Source: Flavobacteriaceae bacterium
GTDB lineage: Bacteria > Bacteroidota > Bacteroidia > Flavobacteriales > Flavobacteriaceae
Reading direction: 5' to 3'
Length of the DNA: 37,871 nucleotides
Assembly: GCA_014763515.1 (NCBI GenBank)
Contig: JACXVH010000001.1
Span: 1 to 37,871, forward strand
The position numbers and the translations under genes are program-made. The notes beneath the pieces were generated by a model. It was not told where the DNA came from and did no database searches. It saw only the letters and a list, made by a program, of their open reading frames with translations. How positions within the stretch are numbered: position 1 is the stretch's first letter; every line of letters begins with the position of its first letter. Shown here one piece after another: positions 17,333 through 28,330 of this stretch.

Positions 17333-17698
17333 TTAGGTTATTTTTTTTATAAAAAGTAAAAGTAAACCTAGTAAAGCTCCAAATGTATTTACTAAAACAT
17401 CGAAAAAATCTGCCGATCGCGTTTCTGTAAACACCCCCTGAAATATCTCAATAATTATGCCATAAAGAATTGCAAATACAAATACTTTAAAAAAAGTTTT
17501 AGAATTCTTTGTAAAAGCATTTCCCCACAAAAAAACAAAAACAAAATAAAACATTGCATGCGTTATTTTGTCTTTATTTTGGATTGAAACCGAAGGTAAA
17601 TCATTTACGCTAACCAAACAAAGAACAGTAATGAATAATGTCCAAATAATAGCCAGCCAAAAAAAATTACGCTCCGATAAGTGCTTTATAATCTTCAC
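17333..17698 (-). CDS. VanZ family membrane protein
   Basis: DKITHAMFY, YGIIIEIFQ and RSADFFDVLVNTFG. Confidence 0.88.
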   Translation of the reverse strand: MKIIKHLSERNFFWLAIIWTLFITVLCLVSVNDLPSVSIQNKDKITHAMFYFVFVFLWGNAFTKNSKTFFKVFVFAILYGIIIEIFQGVFTETRSADFFDVLVNTFGALLGLLLLFIKKIT

Positions 17699-18047
17699 TC
17701 GAAAGTAAATCTTCTACTTCTGCAGGGTTATCTATTTTGATTTTAATCATCCAACCATCTCCATAAGGATCTGAGTTCACTTTTTCAGGTTCTGTTTCTA
17801 AATTTTCGTTGAATTCGATAATTTCACCTGTTAATGGTAAGAATAAATCAGAAACTGTTTTTACTGCCTCTACAGTACCAAAAACCTCATCTTTATTTAA
17901 AGTTTGATCTAGTGTTTCTACTTCTACATATACGATATCACCCAATTCTTTTTGAGCAAATTCAGTAATTCCTACAGTTGCAACATCTTCATCAATAGAA
18001 ACCCATTCGTGTTCTTTAGTGTACTTTAAGTTTGAAGGTATATTCAT
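17667..18047 (-). CDS. gcvH: Glycine cleavage system H protein
   Basis: YTKEHEW, GITEFAQKELGDIVYV, lipoyl site VEAVK and DPYGDGW. Start at ATG 18047, below a -7 box (TACATTTG, 18072-18079). Confidence 0.96.
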   Translation of the reverse strand: MNIPSNLKYTKEHEWVSIDEDVATVGITEFAQKELGDIVYVEVETLDQTLNKDEVFGTVEAVKTVSDLFLPLTGEIIEFNENLETEPEKVNSDPYGDGWMIKIKIDNPAEVEDLLSSEDYKALIGA

Positions 18048-18112
18048 TTTTTTATTGTTTATTATTTCCGACAAATGTAATTTAAAAAAAATAATTTTTA
18101 AAGTGTCTTTTG

Positions 18113-21100
18113 TTAATTTCCGAAATTATATCGCAATGTAAATCCGCCTCGAATATTTGTAATTGGAAACGAAGTTGAAATTACTGCTTTTGAGAACTGA
18201 TGATCGTAGAATAATATAGCCGTTAAGTTTTTACTAAACGAATAATCTGCTGTAAACTTGATTGACCATAAATTTTGCCCACCTGCTAATTCACTATAAT
18301 CATAATCTAAATAACGAACTATAGTTGTATTTTTTCTTAAAGTAAAATCGGCTTTTAAGTTGATATCGCTTTTAATTACGCCCATTGGGTTATCAGCTAA
18401 AGTTGAGTTTATCGTTACATCTTTAATTCTATAGCCCAATCCTAATGTATATTCGTTTCCACTAACTTCAGTTAATAAGTTATTATCGAAACTCATATTT
18501 AAAGTTCTATCTTTTTTCATTTCAGCCAAAACACGAATCGAGTTCTTCATTTCAAAATCAACACGCATCAACGGATTAAACTGCTCGGTTAAATTCACAT
18601 TTGAAACTAATGTTTTAGAATAGAAATTACCATTAGCATCTAGCGGTGTATTGTTTAAGTTTGAAGTAAATGCATTAACATTATAACTCGCTCTATAACC
18701 ATGTTGTAATGAGAATCTTTTAAAAGTATCTTTAAAGAACTTGTAACGCATTAAACCTGTATATTTAATATTCCAGTTTGGTAACGGAACATTTTTAAAG
18801 ATCCCTGTTGATGTTTTAGCGGCATCGGTTCCAGTGTAAGCTGCTAAAAATGCTGGCAACAATACTTGCTGACTATTTCTTCCAAATCCTACTGGATAAC
18901 CATTTACATCTACTGGATAATTACTATTTCCGTAATATTTTTCAGCTAATCTATTTGCAACAATTAATCTGTTATCTCTAAAATCTTGGAATGCTTCAGA
19001 GAAATTAGCATCACTTTGTTTGAATGAAGTTTTAATTAAAATGGTTGAAATATTGAAATTACCAGTATTATATGGCGAACGAGAATTATATTGCCCATTT
19101 ACCACATCAAACTGTTCTGAGTAATTTTCCATATACATTCTTTCACCTGTTAAATCAATCTTTAAATCAGGAAACACTTCTAACTGCGCCGTAAAATTCA
19201 ATTGTTTATTTTTTACCTGAGTAAAGTTTTGATTGAATTCTGGATATTCTGTTAACCAACCTCTTTTTGCCGCTTCATAACGAACATCAGATTGACTACC
19301 CATTACGAAACCTAGACTTGGTCTAGAGGTTCCAAAGAAACCTAGACCTGGTAAATAACCTGGCAATACAGTACCGTTTGTTTCTTTGTAAGTACCTTGT
19401 ATATTTTTAACACTCATTAAAACTCCTTTTAGACCTTTAACAAATACATTATCTTCTTTTTGAGTATTATTTTTATTTGTGGCAGTTACTTTTTGTCCTG
19501 GTTTTGGAGTTGCATTTTTATTATTTGTAGGTGCGTTATTTTTCTTTTTATCTTTTAATAAACCAATATATCTATAAAATATATCCATATTTAAGTTCCC
19601 GTTCAAAGTATGAGAGCTTGCATTTTGAATGGTATTTCCAAGATTCCAAGTAGTACCGCTTTCGTCAACAAAATTTGCAAAAGCATCTGTTGCTCTTTGC
19701 CAATTATAATCTCCTGTATAAGTATAATTTGATTTTAAAAATGATAAAAATGGTAATTTATTTAATGGCAATTCATAATTAACCACAATTTGTTGATTGT
19801 GCTGATTAGACTGACCAATATCCCAATAACCATCCCAAATATCTAAATTGTCATCTACAATACCATTAGCATCAAAATAATTACGCACAATATTATTTGT
19901 AGCAGCAGTATAATTTACTTTAAGTGATTTTGTAATGTTATAATTAAATCCATAATTATAATTAAAGAAATAATTTCTTCTATATAATGGATCTAAACCT
20001 AAACCTTGTACATCTACTAGGCGAAATTCTTGTCTGTTATACTGCCTAATGATATTAGAACTAAACGAAATATTATTAGGTAGAAAGTTGAAATTAAAAT
20101 CCTTCAAAATTTGATAATAACGACTTTTTGATAATTTTTTTGATTTTTTCAGCGGTTCTATACTTAGTGGTTTAAAACTATAAGCATAATCAACCGCGGT
20201 TCTATTTTGTTGATCTAGCAAACTTTCAATTTCATAATCATGATGTTGCATTTCATTGAATGAATATGATAATGTTAAATTCTCTACATCATAAAAATGT
20301 TGTTTTTGCTCTGGTGCTCTTTCTTTTTTAACACCAATAAAATTAATACTTGTTCTTTTTGTGTAGTCAATCGCTCTATTTTCGATATTAGCTTTAGTAG
20401 CGGCATCTGTTGTATTATCTAATAACTGTTGCAACTCAATATCTTGATAAAACGGATCATATTTAGGAGTTATAGTTTCTTCTCCAACCGCATAGTTGAA
20501 TGGTAAATTAATTCCCCATTTTTTTGGCAATAATTGTCCTAAATTAAAATTGGTTACCAAATCATATTGAAACATATCTTCTCTACTTCTCTCATTTGGA
20601 CCTTGTTCTAGGCCTCCAAAACCAATAGTACTTATCCTTGTTGTTGCAGAAATATTAGCAAAATCGGCAATATTTGTATCTAAACTAGCAACCGCAGCAT
20701 AACCGCCTTTATTGTCCATATCAGACAAACGAAGTTCATTAAACCAAACTTCACCACGAATTACTTTTCCTGTAGTATTGTTTTTTAATCCGAGCATAAT
20801 AGTTCTTACTAAACCAAAATTAGGATTACCTTTAATACCTATATTCATTCTGCTATTAGAAGAACCTAAATCCTGCTCATTTAAAAATCGAATTCCATTT
20901 ACATCTAGAACAACAGAATTAGGATCACCAATAATTTTTGATTTTAATTCAGTTAATAATTTTAGTGGTAATTCAATTTCATTCTCAACCGGCCAAACTT
21001 CCTCAGGAGTTCTAGATGAAGGACTAGAAACTTTTAAAGGCATCTCTACCTGATAAAAGTTTTCTGTAAAATCGTTACCAAAACGAATGAACGCAACCAT

Positions 21101-24100
21101 TTCGTCATCAAGCAAGGGTTGATTTTCAGGTGTTGGAAGCGCCTCCGCATGCAAAAACATTCTCAGTTTTTTAAACTGACGCATATCTACGTTTACATTC
21201 TTAAAAACTCCTCTTGCATCATTCGTTTCTAAACCATTATTATAGTTCCCATTTGTTAAATCGCCATCATAAACTCTTAAAGACAAAGATTGTTCATTTT
21301 GGTTGATTACAGTATTGTTATTATACAATTGTTCTCTTGTAACTCCTGGAGGTGTAACATAAGGAATTGGAGTTCTATCTGAATTTTCTTGAACATTTAA
21401 GGATACAACATCAAAACCAGTTCCATCATTTGTTGGATCAGCATCATTTGCATCTAATGTATTTACATAACGTCTCCATTCACCACGAACTAGATCTAAA
21501 GAACCAAAACGCAATGTAATTTCGTCTTTAAAGCCAGCCATGTACATTCTTATAAATCGAATAGAACGTAAATCTTCAATTGGTCCAACTTTTTGCGCAT
21601 TTAAAACATCTTGAATTGGAATTTTATATAAAACCCATTGAGCTGATCCTGTTGTACCATTTGGCAAACTTGCAGGTCGCTCTCTGGTATCCACAACATA
21701 GTTTTGACCAATTTGTGGATTTGGCACCAAAGGAACTTCATAGATATAATATGAATTGATAGTATTCATAGTGTTATCTCTGTTAATGTCTTCAACATCA
21801 GGATAAGTGGTATTTCCTCTATTTGTATCGGTAACATTTACTGGAGAGTTTCCTTCATAGCCATTATAATTTTTATAGCGTTCAATAACACCGCCTGTAG
21901 CACTTAAATAAAACTGATAATTATCGGCTGCTGGATCTGAATAAGTAGCATAATCTGTATATTTTAAAGTTTCTTCAGCATCTAATAATCCATCAAAACC
22001 AGCATCTTGTACATTTCTATTATTCTCATTTGTATCAAATGCATAGATTAATGATTGAGAAGAAGGAATTTGCCCCCATTCAGTTTGAATAGTTGGAGTT
22101 GAAGAACCTGCTTCTGGCAAACCATTTTCATATAATTTTCTTCCGTCTTTTAATATATCTTCAGAGATTTCTCCTAAGTTAAACACTAACTTTCCTGTAT
22201 TTGTTGGATCAACATAATCATCAGGATTGCCATTATTGTAATAAGGATTCATCATCCAGAATTGTATATACTCTACGTTTGCTTGTTCAAAATTTGTAGA
22301 AGTAATAGAACGCATTATTCCTCCCCAGTTATCAACAGCCTGAGTATCATTAAAAACTCCACCATTTGAAGCAATAACATTGTTAAAATTGTAAGGTCCT
22401 CTTTCTTTTGGATAATACGTTAAATCTAATGTATTTACAACAGTTGCTTGTCCTTGAGCAATATCAGTATCGGGATAAAGTTCACTGTAATAAATTCTTC
22501 TAACTCTATTTAAAGATAAATCGTCATTTGAAATACCCCCAGGTGTTTGGGAATAAAAAACTGGGTCTATGGTATACCAAGACAATTTTGCTCTTTTATA
22601 ACCAATACTTAAGTCATCGGAAGCAGGTTCGTCATTTGTAGGAGTATTATCATAATTATCTTCCAAAGGCACACTTGACAATGTCCATGCGGTAGGTGTT
22701 CTTAAATCTATTGTTGATTGCGACCCTTCAAAATCATCTACATAAGTAGTTGCTTCACCATTAAATTGATCTGCTTTTGAGGCATTAGGCAGTAAGTAAG
22801 CGATTTCACCTCTAAATGAAAGATTAGACGGAACATCAGTATCTATGTTTGGTAATTTATTAACCATTCTTGTTAAGAATGGAATTTCAGTAGAAAAATT
22901 AGTATTTACACCAAAAATAGTATTGTTTACGGATTCTTGCCCGTAGTTGGATTTATTTGTAAAAGGTCGTTCAGTTAATCTTAATAAAGTAGCACCAACC
23001 AAGAAATTTTTGTTAAACTTATGCTCTACATTTACTCCCCAAAAACGTCTTGTTTGTTGCCCAAAAACAGAATTATTTTCGAGAGAAATTTCAATTGGTG
23101 TATTTGAAGCTTCAAGAGAAGGGTCTATTATTTGAACCGTTCCCATTTGGTAATTTACTGTATAATCTACACCTTCAATTAAAACCCTACCTCCTGCTGT
23201 TACTACAACTGAACCTTGAGGCACATTAAAAGCTCCAATTGAAATTCCATTACCTCCTGTTGATTTAAAACGACCTCTTAACTTAAATTTATTTTTCTCA
23301 CTTTCTTGTAAAGAAGCCGCTTGCGTTTTTGTATATAATGTTCTGAAAACATATTTTGCTTGATTTTCATTATAAGCACCAATATTAGATGGATTGTTAT
23401 AATCCTCTGTTGGAGCTCCAGTACTTAATTTATCAAATAATAATTCACCAAATGGTTCTTTTGTAGTAAAAATAATCCTACCATATTGAGGATCAATAGT
23501 AATACCTGGAACATAATCAAAAAAACCATCTCCATACCTATTATTCTCTGGGTCATTTGTATTATTTAATTGATCTACATTAAACACTTTTAGCAAAGGA
23601 ACGTTATCTACATCTGCTGGCAAATTTGGTGCTGAAGCAGATGCTTTAGTAATATAGTTTAATGGTGAAGGGTCAACATATAAAATGTTTAATCTAAAAT
23701 CGTCTTGTTGTAATTGATAAGCTCCCGGAACTTGATAAATGTTTTTCATCATTAAGTTCCAAACTGGCATTGTGTAATCTATTCCTCCAACAGTATTCTT
23801 AACGATTGTTAAGTTACTTTTTAGCATTTTTAAAATTAAAGCCTGTGTTGTTGGTACTGCTACACCAGTAGAACTATTTACGTTAGTTGCATCAATACCA
23901 TCTGTTCCAAATTCTCCAACCTGATACACTTCATCTCCAATTGTATATTGAAATGCAACCGCTAAAACTTCATCATTTTGAAGCTTTTGATTTAATGAAA
24001 TATAACCTAACTGTGGGTGGTATGAATATTCTGATGCAGATAATTTTCTTGCATTTTCTAATTTAGCATAATCGGTTCCTTCTTCCATTCCTGAAATATT

Positions 24101-25363
24101 GAAACCATTATTTGCTGTTGCTACCTCTCGAATATTATTATTTAAAAAATTACTCCCAATATTATTTGGATTAAATTGATTATTTTTATTATCTGTTGGA
24201 GTACCTATTTGTGTTGAACCAAAAAATCCTGGCTGAGCACCCAAATCCATAGCTACAATTTCTTGTGAGTTTAAATTATTGAGCGGTCCTTCACCTAAAT
24301 CTTGAAGCGCAACAATGTTCCTAATATTATTTTCGGTTGTATTTATTCGATTTTGCTTATTCGTTACCCAAACTTCTAAACGCGTAATTTGAACACGACT
24401 ATTCACATAAGGATAATTTTCTAATGCTTTATCATATTTATCTCTAAAATATTGTGATAAGAAAAAGTGACGATCAGCATCATAATCTAAAGCGAATAAT
24501 TCGAAGTCTTGTAAAGTTCCACCTCCCTGAGAGGTTACGGTTTTAGTTTGCGATTTTTGCTCAGAGAAAACTCCTGTAACAGTAGTTTTACCAAATTGTA
24601 ATTGCGCTTTTACACCAAATAAACTTTGTGCTCCACGAATTAATGAATTGGATAAAGGAAAACTTACATTACCTACTTCCAATTTTTGTAAAATATCGTC
24701 TTCATTAGAAAAATATTCTAACTTAATCATATTTTGGAAGGCAAAAGTAGACTGCGTATCGTAATTGATATTTACACCAAGTCGAGTACCTACTTTTCCT
24801 TGTAATCCCATACTTATTCGCTGGTCAAAATCGAAAGTTGTCGTTTTTCTATTTCGAGGTGAAAATGAAGGATTATCTTGCTTGGTAAATCTTACTCCTA
24901 AATCAATTTCAACTGAACCTGTAGGCTTAACATCAATTGTATTGCCACCAAAAATTGTTTCAAAAAACTTAGAATTTACATAATACCTTGGTAATAAATC
25001 TTTTTTAGCTTCTTCGGAACCGTCTTTTTTCCCATCTATTGCTGCCGATTTCTCTTGATAATATTTACGCATTTCTTCACGCAACACTAACTCTTGATAT
25101 TGCGCTGGAGTTAAAACAATGGGATAATTAATATTAAAATCATCAACCGTATTACTGTAAATATACATATCGGTTACAGGATCATAAGTATAAGCCTCAA
25201 CTATACTCGAAGGGTTTGGAACGTCCAATTTTCCAAGATCGACTCCAGTTTTAATACTATCTTGTTCTTCTTCCACTTGAGCGAAAGTCAAAACAGGAAA
25301 GAGTAAAAGTAATTTTAATATATTTTTAAATTTCACAAAGAATTTATTGTTAATTTGTTCCAA
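18113..25363 (-). CDS. sprA: Type IX secretion outer membrane translocon SprA/Sov
   Basis: 2416 aa, signal peptide ending TFA|Q, SLFGVK..LQFG, YVDDFEGS, GEVWFNELRL and C-terminal strand GGFTLRYNF. Located between ruvA and gcvH. Confidence 0.95.
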   Translation of the reverse strand: MEQINNKFFVKFKNILKLLLLFPVLTFAQVEEEQDSIKTGVDLGKLDVPNPSSIVEAYTYDPVTDMYIYSNTVDDFNINYPIVLTPAQYQELVLREEMRKYYQEKSAAIDGKKDGSEEAKKDLLPRYYVNSKFFETIFGGNTIDVKPTGSVEIDLGVRFTKQDNPSFSPRNRKTTTFDFDQRISMGLQGKVGTRLGVNINYDTQSTFAFQNMIKLEYFSNEDDILQKLEVGNVSFPLSNSLIRGAQSLFGVKAQLQFGKTTVTGVFSEQKSQTKTVTSQGGGTLQDFELFALDYDADRHFFLSQYFRDKYDKALENYPYVNSRVQITRLEVWVTNKQNRINTTENNIRNIVALQDLGEGPLNNLNSQEIVAMDLGAQPGFFGSTQIGTPTDNKNNQFNPNNIGSNFLNNNIREVATANNGFNISGMEEGTDYAKLENARKLSASEYSYHPQLGYISLNQKLQNDEVLAVAFQYTIGDEVYQVGEFGTDGIDATNVNSSTGVAVPTTQALILKMLKSNLTIVKNTVGGIDYTMPVWNLMMKNIYQVPGAYQLQQDDFRLNILYVDPSPLNYITKASASAPNLPADVDNVPLLKVFNVDQLNNTNDPENNRYGDGFFDYVPGITIDPQYGRIIFTTKEPFGELLFDKLSTGAPTEDYNNPSNIGAYNENQAKYVFRTLYTKTQAASLQESEKNKFKLRGRFKSTGGNGISIGAFNVPQGSVVVTAGGRVLIEGVDYTVNYQMGTVQIIDPSLEASNTPIEISLENNSVFGQQTRRFWGVNVEHKFNKNFLVGATLLRLTERPFTNKSNYGQESVNNTIFGVNTNFSTEIPFLTRMVNKLPNIDTDVPSNLSFRGEIAYLLPNASKADQFNGEATTYVDDFEGSQSTIDLRTPTAWTLSSVPLEDNYDNTPTNDEPASDDLSIGYKRAKLSWYTIDPVFYSQTPGGISNDDLSLNRVRRIYYSELYPDTDIAQGQATVVNTLDLTYYPKERGPYNFNNVIASNGGVFNDTQAVDNWGGIMRSITSTNFEQANVEYIQFWMMNPYYNNGNPDDYVDPTNTGKLVFNLGEISEDILKDGRKLYENGLPEAGSSTPTIQTEWGQIPSSQSLIYAFDTNENNRNVQDAGFDGLLDAEETLKYTDYATYSDPAADNYQFYLSATGGVIERYKNYNGYEGNSPVNVTDTNRGNTTYPDVEDINRDNTMNTINSYYIYEVPLVPNPQIGQNYVVDTRERPASLPNGTTGSAQWVLYKIPIQDVLNAQKVGPIEDLRSIRFIRMYMAGFKDEITLRFGSLDLVRGEWRRYVNTLDANDADPTNDGTGFDVVSLNVQENSDRTPIPYVTPPGVTREQLYNNNTVINQNEQSLSLRVYDGDLTNGNYNNGLETNDARGVFKNVNVDMRQFKKLRMFLHAEALPTPENQPLLDDEMVAFIRFGNDFTENFYQVEMPLKVSSPSSRTPEEVWPVENEIELPLKLLTELKSKIIGDPNSVVLDVNGIRFLNEQDLGSSNSRMNIGIKGNPNFGLVRTIMLGLKNNTTGKVIRGEVWFNELRLSDMDNKGGYAAVASLDTNIADFANISATTRISTIGFGGLEQGPNERSREDMFQYDLVTNFNLGQLLPKKWGINLPFNYAVGEETITPKYDPFYQDIELQQLLDNTTDAATKANIENRAIDYTKRTSINFIGVKKERAPEQKQHFYDVENLTLSYSFNEMQHHDYEIESLLDQQNRTAVDYAYSFKPLSIEPLKKSKKLSKSRYYQILKDFNFNFLPNNISFSSNIIRQYNRQEFRLVDVQGLGLDPLYRRNYFFNYNYGFNYNITKSLKVNYTAATNNIVRNYFDANGIVDDNLDIWDGYWDIGQSNQHNQQIVVNYELPLNKLPFLSFLKSNYTYTGDYNWQRATDAFANFVDESGTTWNLGNTIQNASSHTLNGNLNMDIFYRYIGLLKDKKKNNAPTNNKNATPKPGQKVTATNKNNTQKEDNVFVKGLKGVLMSVKNIQGTYKETNGTVLPGYLPGLGFFGTSRPSLGFVMGSQSDVRYEAAKRGWLTEYPEFNQNFTQVKNKQLNFTAQLEVFPDLKIDLTGERMYMENYSEQFDVVNGQYNSRSPYNTGNFNISTILIKTSFKQSDANFSEAFQDFRDNRLIVANRLAEKYYGNSNYPVDVNGYPVGFGRNSQQVLLPAFLAAYTGTDAAKTSTGIFKNVPLPNWNIKYTGLMRYKFFKDTFKRFSLQHGYRASYNVNAFTSNLNNTPLDANGNFYSKTLVSNVNLTEQFNPLMRVDFEMKNSIRVLAEMKKDRTLNMSFDNNLLTEVSGNEYTLGLGYRIKDVTINSTLADNPMGVIKSDINLKADFTLRKNTTIVRYLDYDYSELAGGQNLWSIKFTADYSFSKNLTAILFYDHQFSKAVISTSFPITNIRGGFTLRYNFGN

Positions 25364-25364
25364 A

Positions 25365-25946
25365 TTATAAACTTTTTAATGCTTGCTTAATTAATTGTTC
25401 TACAGAGGCATTTGGGACATCTCTTATGATTTTTTCGATAACTTTTTCAGCAGATTTTCGGGCAAAACCTAAAACCTCTAATGCAGATAACGCTTCATTT
25501 TTGTTTGTATTGTTTGAAACCATAGAAACGTCATCTAAATCATAAATTTTTAACACTTTATCCTTCAAATCAAGTATTACTCTTTGCGCTGTTTTGGCTC
25601 CAATTCCTTTTACTCCTTGAATTGTTGCTACATCATTTGAAGCTATTGCTTGAATAATATGAGACGGTGCCAATGAAGAAAGCATAGTCCTAGCTGTACT
25701 TGCTCCTACACCCGAAACTGAAAGCAATAATTTAAATAGTTCTCTTTCTTGTTTTTCAACAAAACCATATAAACTATGTGCATCTTCTTTTATTTGAAGG
25801 TAAGTATATAATTTAATACTCTCACTATCTGGTAATAATGAAAATGTATGTAACGAAATATTAATATGATAACCAACACCTCCACAATCTATAACTACAT
25901 CTGTTGGTGTTTTTTCTACTAATCTTCCTTGAATATGTGCAATCAT
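25365..25946 (-). CDS. ruvA: Holliday junction DNA-binding subunit RuvA
   Basis: GVGY, EDAHSLYGF, VSGVG, GIGAKTAQRVILDLKDK and EALSALEVLGF. Confidence 0.97.
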   Translation of the reverse strand: MIAHIQGRLVEKTPTDVVIDCGGVGYHINISLHTFSLLPDSESIKLYTYLQIKEDAHSLYGFVEKQERELFKLLLSVSGVGASTARTMLSSLAPSHIIQAIASNDVATIQGVKGIGAKTAQRVILDLKDKVLKIYDLDDVSMVSNNTNKNEALSALEVLGFARKSAEKVIEKIIRDVPNASVEQLIKQALKSL

Positions 25947-25984
25947 ATTTTCTTAATATTGCGTTAAAAATAGCAAAAATTATT

Positions 25985-28270
25985 TTACTGTTTATTTCTC
26001 TTTTTTTCTTTTTCTTGAGCATCAACAACAGCAACAGCTGCCATATTTACCATTTCTTCAACACTTGCTCCTAATTGAAAAATATGAACAGGCTTATCAA
26101 GCCCCATCATAATTGGACCAATAGAATCCGATTTATTTAATTCTTTCAGCATTTTGTAGGTAATGTTTGCTGAATCTAAATTTGGAAAAACTAATGTGTT
26201 TACCTTTTTATTAACTAATTTAGAAAAAGGAAATTTACTTTTTAACATATCAGGATTTAGTGCAAAATCTGTTTGAACTTCTCCATCAACAATTAAATCA
26301 GGATAGTACTTATGTAAATATGCAACTGCTTCTCTAATTTTTTTAGGATTTTCATTTGAAGATGAACCAAAGTTTGAAAAAGAAACCATTGCAATTACAG
26401 GTTCCATACCAAACATTCTTACTGTTTTTGCTGTCATTAAAGCAATTTTTGCTAAATCTTCAGCTGAAGGATTTGGGTTAATTGCAGTATCTGATAAGAA
26501 TAAGGGTCCTCTACTGGTCATCATTAAGTTAGTTGTAGCAATTCTACTAACTCCATGTTGTTTGTTAATTAATTCCATTACTGGTTTCACAACTGAAGGA
26601 TAGCTTCTCGAATAACCCGTAACCATAGCATCTGCTTCACCTTCGTTTACCATCATTAACGCAAAATAATTACGTTCACGCATCCATTTTTCTGCATCTA
26701 ATTCGGTTACTCCTCTTCTTTGTCTAAGTTGCCATAAAGATTTTGCATAACGTTTTCTAGTTGCAACTTCTTCTTTTGTTTTAGGATCAATAATGGCAAC
26801 TTTAGCATCAAAACCAATTTCTTCTTTTAATTCTTGAATAATTTCTTTGTCACCTAGTAAAATTGGAGTTCCAATTCCTTCCTCATAAACAATTTGTGCT
26901 GCTTTTAAAACGTCTAAATGATCTGCTTCAGCAAAAACAATACGTTTAGGTTCTGTTTTAGCACGATTCATCAATAATCGAATTAACTTATTATCTGAAC
27001 CAAGACGTTCTAACAAATCTAATTCATATTTATCCCAATCGTGAATTTCAATTTGAGCAACACCTGAATCGATAGCAGCTTTAGCTACAGCAGGCGCTAC
27101 TACTCCAATTAATCTTGGATCAAAAGGTTTTGGAATTATATATTCTCGACCAAAATTTAATTTAGTTTCTCCGTAAGCAATATTAACTTGTTCAGGAACT
27201 GGCAATTTAGCTAAACTTGCTAAGGCATGAACCGCAGCCATTTTCATTTCTTCATTAATCTTAGTTGCTCTAACATCAAGAGCGCCTCTAAAAATATATG
27301 GAAATCCTAAAACATTATTAACTTGATTTGGATAATCAGAACGACCAGTAGCCATAATAATATCTTCTCTAGTATTTATAGCTAATTGGTAATCAATTTC
27401 AGGAACAGGATTTGCCATTGCAAAAACAATTGGATTTTCATTCATTGTCAATAACATTTCAGGCTTTAAAATATTACCTACTGACAATCCTAAAAACACA
27501 TCGGCTCCTTTTAGAACTTCTTGCATTGATTGTACTTCACAATCTTTTGCAAATATTACTTGAGCTCCTGCTAAATCGGTTCTTGAAGTAACCAACATTC
27601 CGTCTTTATCAAACATAAAAACGTTTTCAACTTTTACACCTAATAAAACATATAATTTAGCACAAGCCAATGCTGCAGAACCTGCTCCAGAAACTACAAT
27701 TTTAACTTCACTAATTTTTTTATTTGCCAACTCTAATGCATTTAACAAGGCAGCTGCAGAAATAATAGCCGTTCCGTGTTGATCGTCATGCATTACTGGA
27801 ATATTAAGCTCTTCTACTAATCGTCTTTCTATTTCAAAAGATTCTGGAGCTTTAATATCTTCTAGGTTAATTCCACCAAAAGTTGGTGCGATATTTTTTA
27901 CAGTAGCTATAAATTCTTCAATGTCTTTTGTTCCAACTTCAATATCAAATACATCGATATCAGCAAAAATTTTAAACAAAAGCCCTTTTCCTTCCATTAC
28001 AGGTTTAGAAGCTTCCGCACCAATATCACCTAATCCTAAAACTGCAGTTCCGTTTGAAATAACAGCTACTAAATTTCCTTTAGCAGTATATTTGTAAACG
28101 TTATTTACATCTTTTGTAATCTCTAAACAAGGTTCAGCTACTCCAGGAGAATAAGCTAACGACAAATCTCTTTGTGTGGCATACTTTTTTGTTGGTACTA
28201 CCTGAATTTTTCCAGGAGTTGGCTTTGCGTGGTATAATAATGCTTCTCTGCGTTTTGTGTCTTTATGCAT
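25985..28270 (-). CDS. maeB: NADP-dependent malic enzyme fused to a phosphotransacetylase-like domain
   Basis: LAYSPGVA, KPVMEGK, INLEDI, HDDQHGT and GRSDYPNQVNN, with a C-terminal PTA-like domain (DGEVQ.D, FPNL..ANI). Confidence 0.95.
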   Translation of the reverse strand: MHKDTKRREALLYHAKPTPGKIQVVPTKKYATQRDLSLAYSPGVAEPCLEITKDVNNVYKYTAKGNLVAVISNGTAVLGLGDIGAEASKPVMEGKGLLFKIFADIDVFDIEVGTKDIEEFIATVKNIAPTFGGINLEDIKAPESFEIERRLVEELNIPVMHDDQHGTAIISAAALLNALELANKKISEVKIVVSGAGSAALACAKLYVLLGVKVENVFMFDKDGMLVTSRTDLAGAQVIFAKDCEVQSMQEVLKGADVFLGLSVGNILKPEMLLTMNENPIVFAMANPVPEIDYQLAINTREDIIMATGRSDYPNQVNNVLGFPYIFRGALDVRATKINEEMKMAAVHALASLAKLPVPEQVNIAYGETKLNFGREYIIPKPFDPRLIGVVAPAVAKAAIDSGVAQIEIHDWDKYELDLLERLGSDNKLIRLLMNRAKTEPKRIVFAEADHLDVLKAAQIVYEEGIGTPILLGDKEIIQELKEEIGFDAKVAIIDPKTKEEVATRKRYAKSLWQLRQRRGVTELDAEKWMRERNYFALMMVNEGEADAMVTGYSRSYPSVVKPVMELINKQHGVSRIATTNLMMTSRGPLFLSDTAINPNPSAEDLAKIALMTAKTVRMFGMEPVIAMVSFSNFGSSSNENPKKIREAVAYLHKYYPDLIVDGEVQTDFALNPDMLKSKFPFSKLVNKKVNTLVFPNLDSANITYKMLKELNKSDSIGPIMMGLDKPVHIFQLGASVEEMVNMAAVAVVDAQEKEKKRNKQ

Positions 28271-28291
28271 GAATTCTTTTATTAGAGCTTA

Positions 28292-28299
28292 CAAAGTTA
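28292..28299 (-). promoter_or_regulatory. -7 element for maeB
   Basis: TAACTTTG on the minus strand, 21 nt upstream of the ATG. Confidence 0.55.
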
Positions 28300-28330
28300 A
28301 AATAACACCCGAAACAAAAAAATTTTAGGC

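Noticed and set aside
20712-24983. Three plus-strand ORFs inside sprA
   Set aside because: Antisense shadows, expected opposite a long gene.
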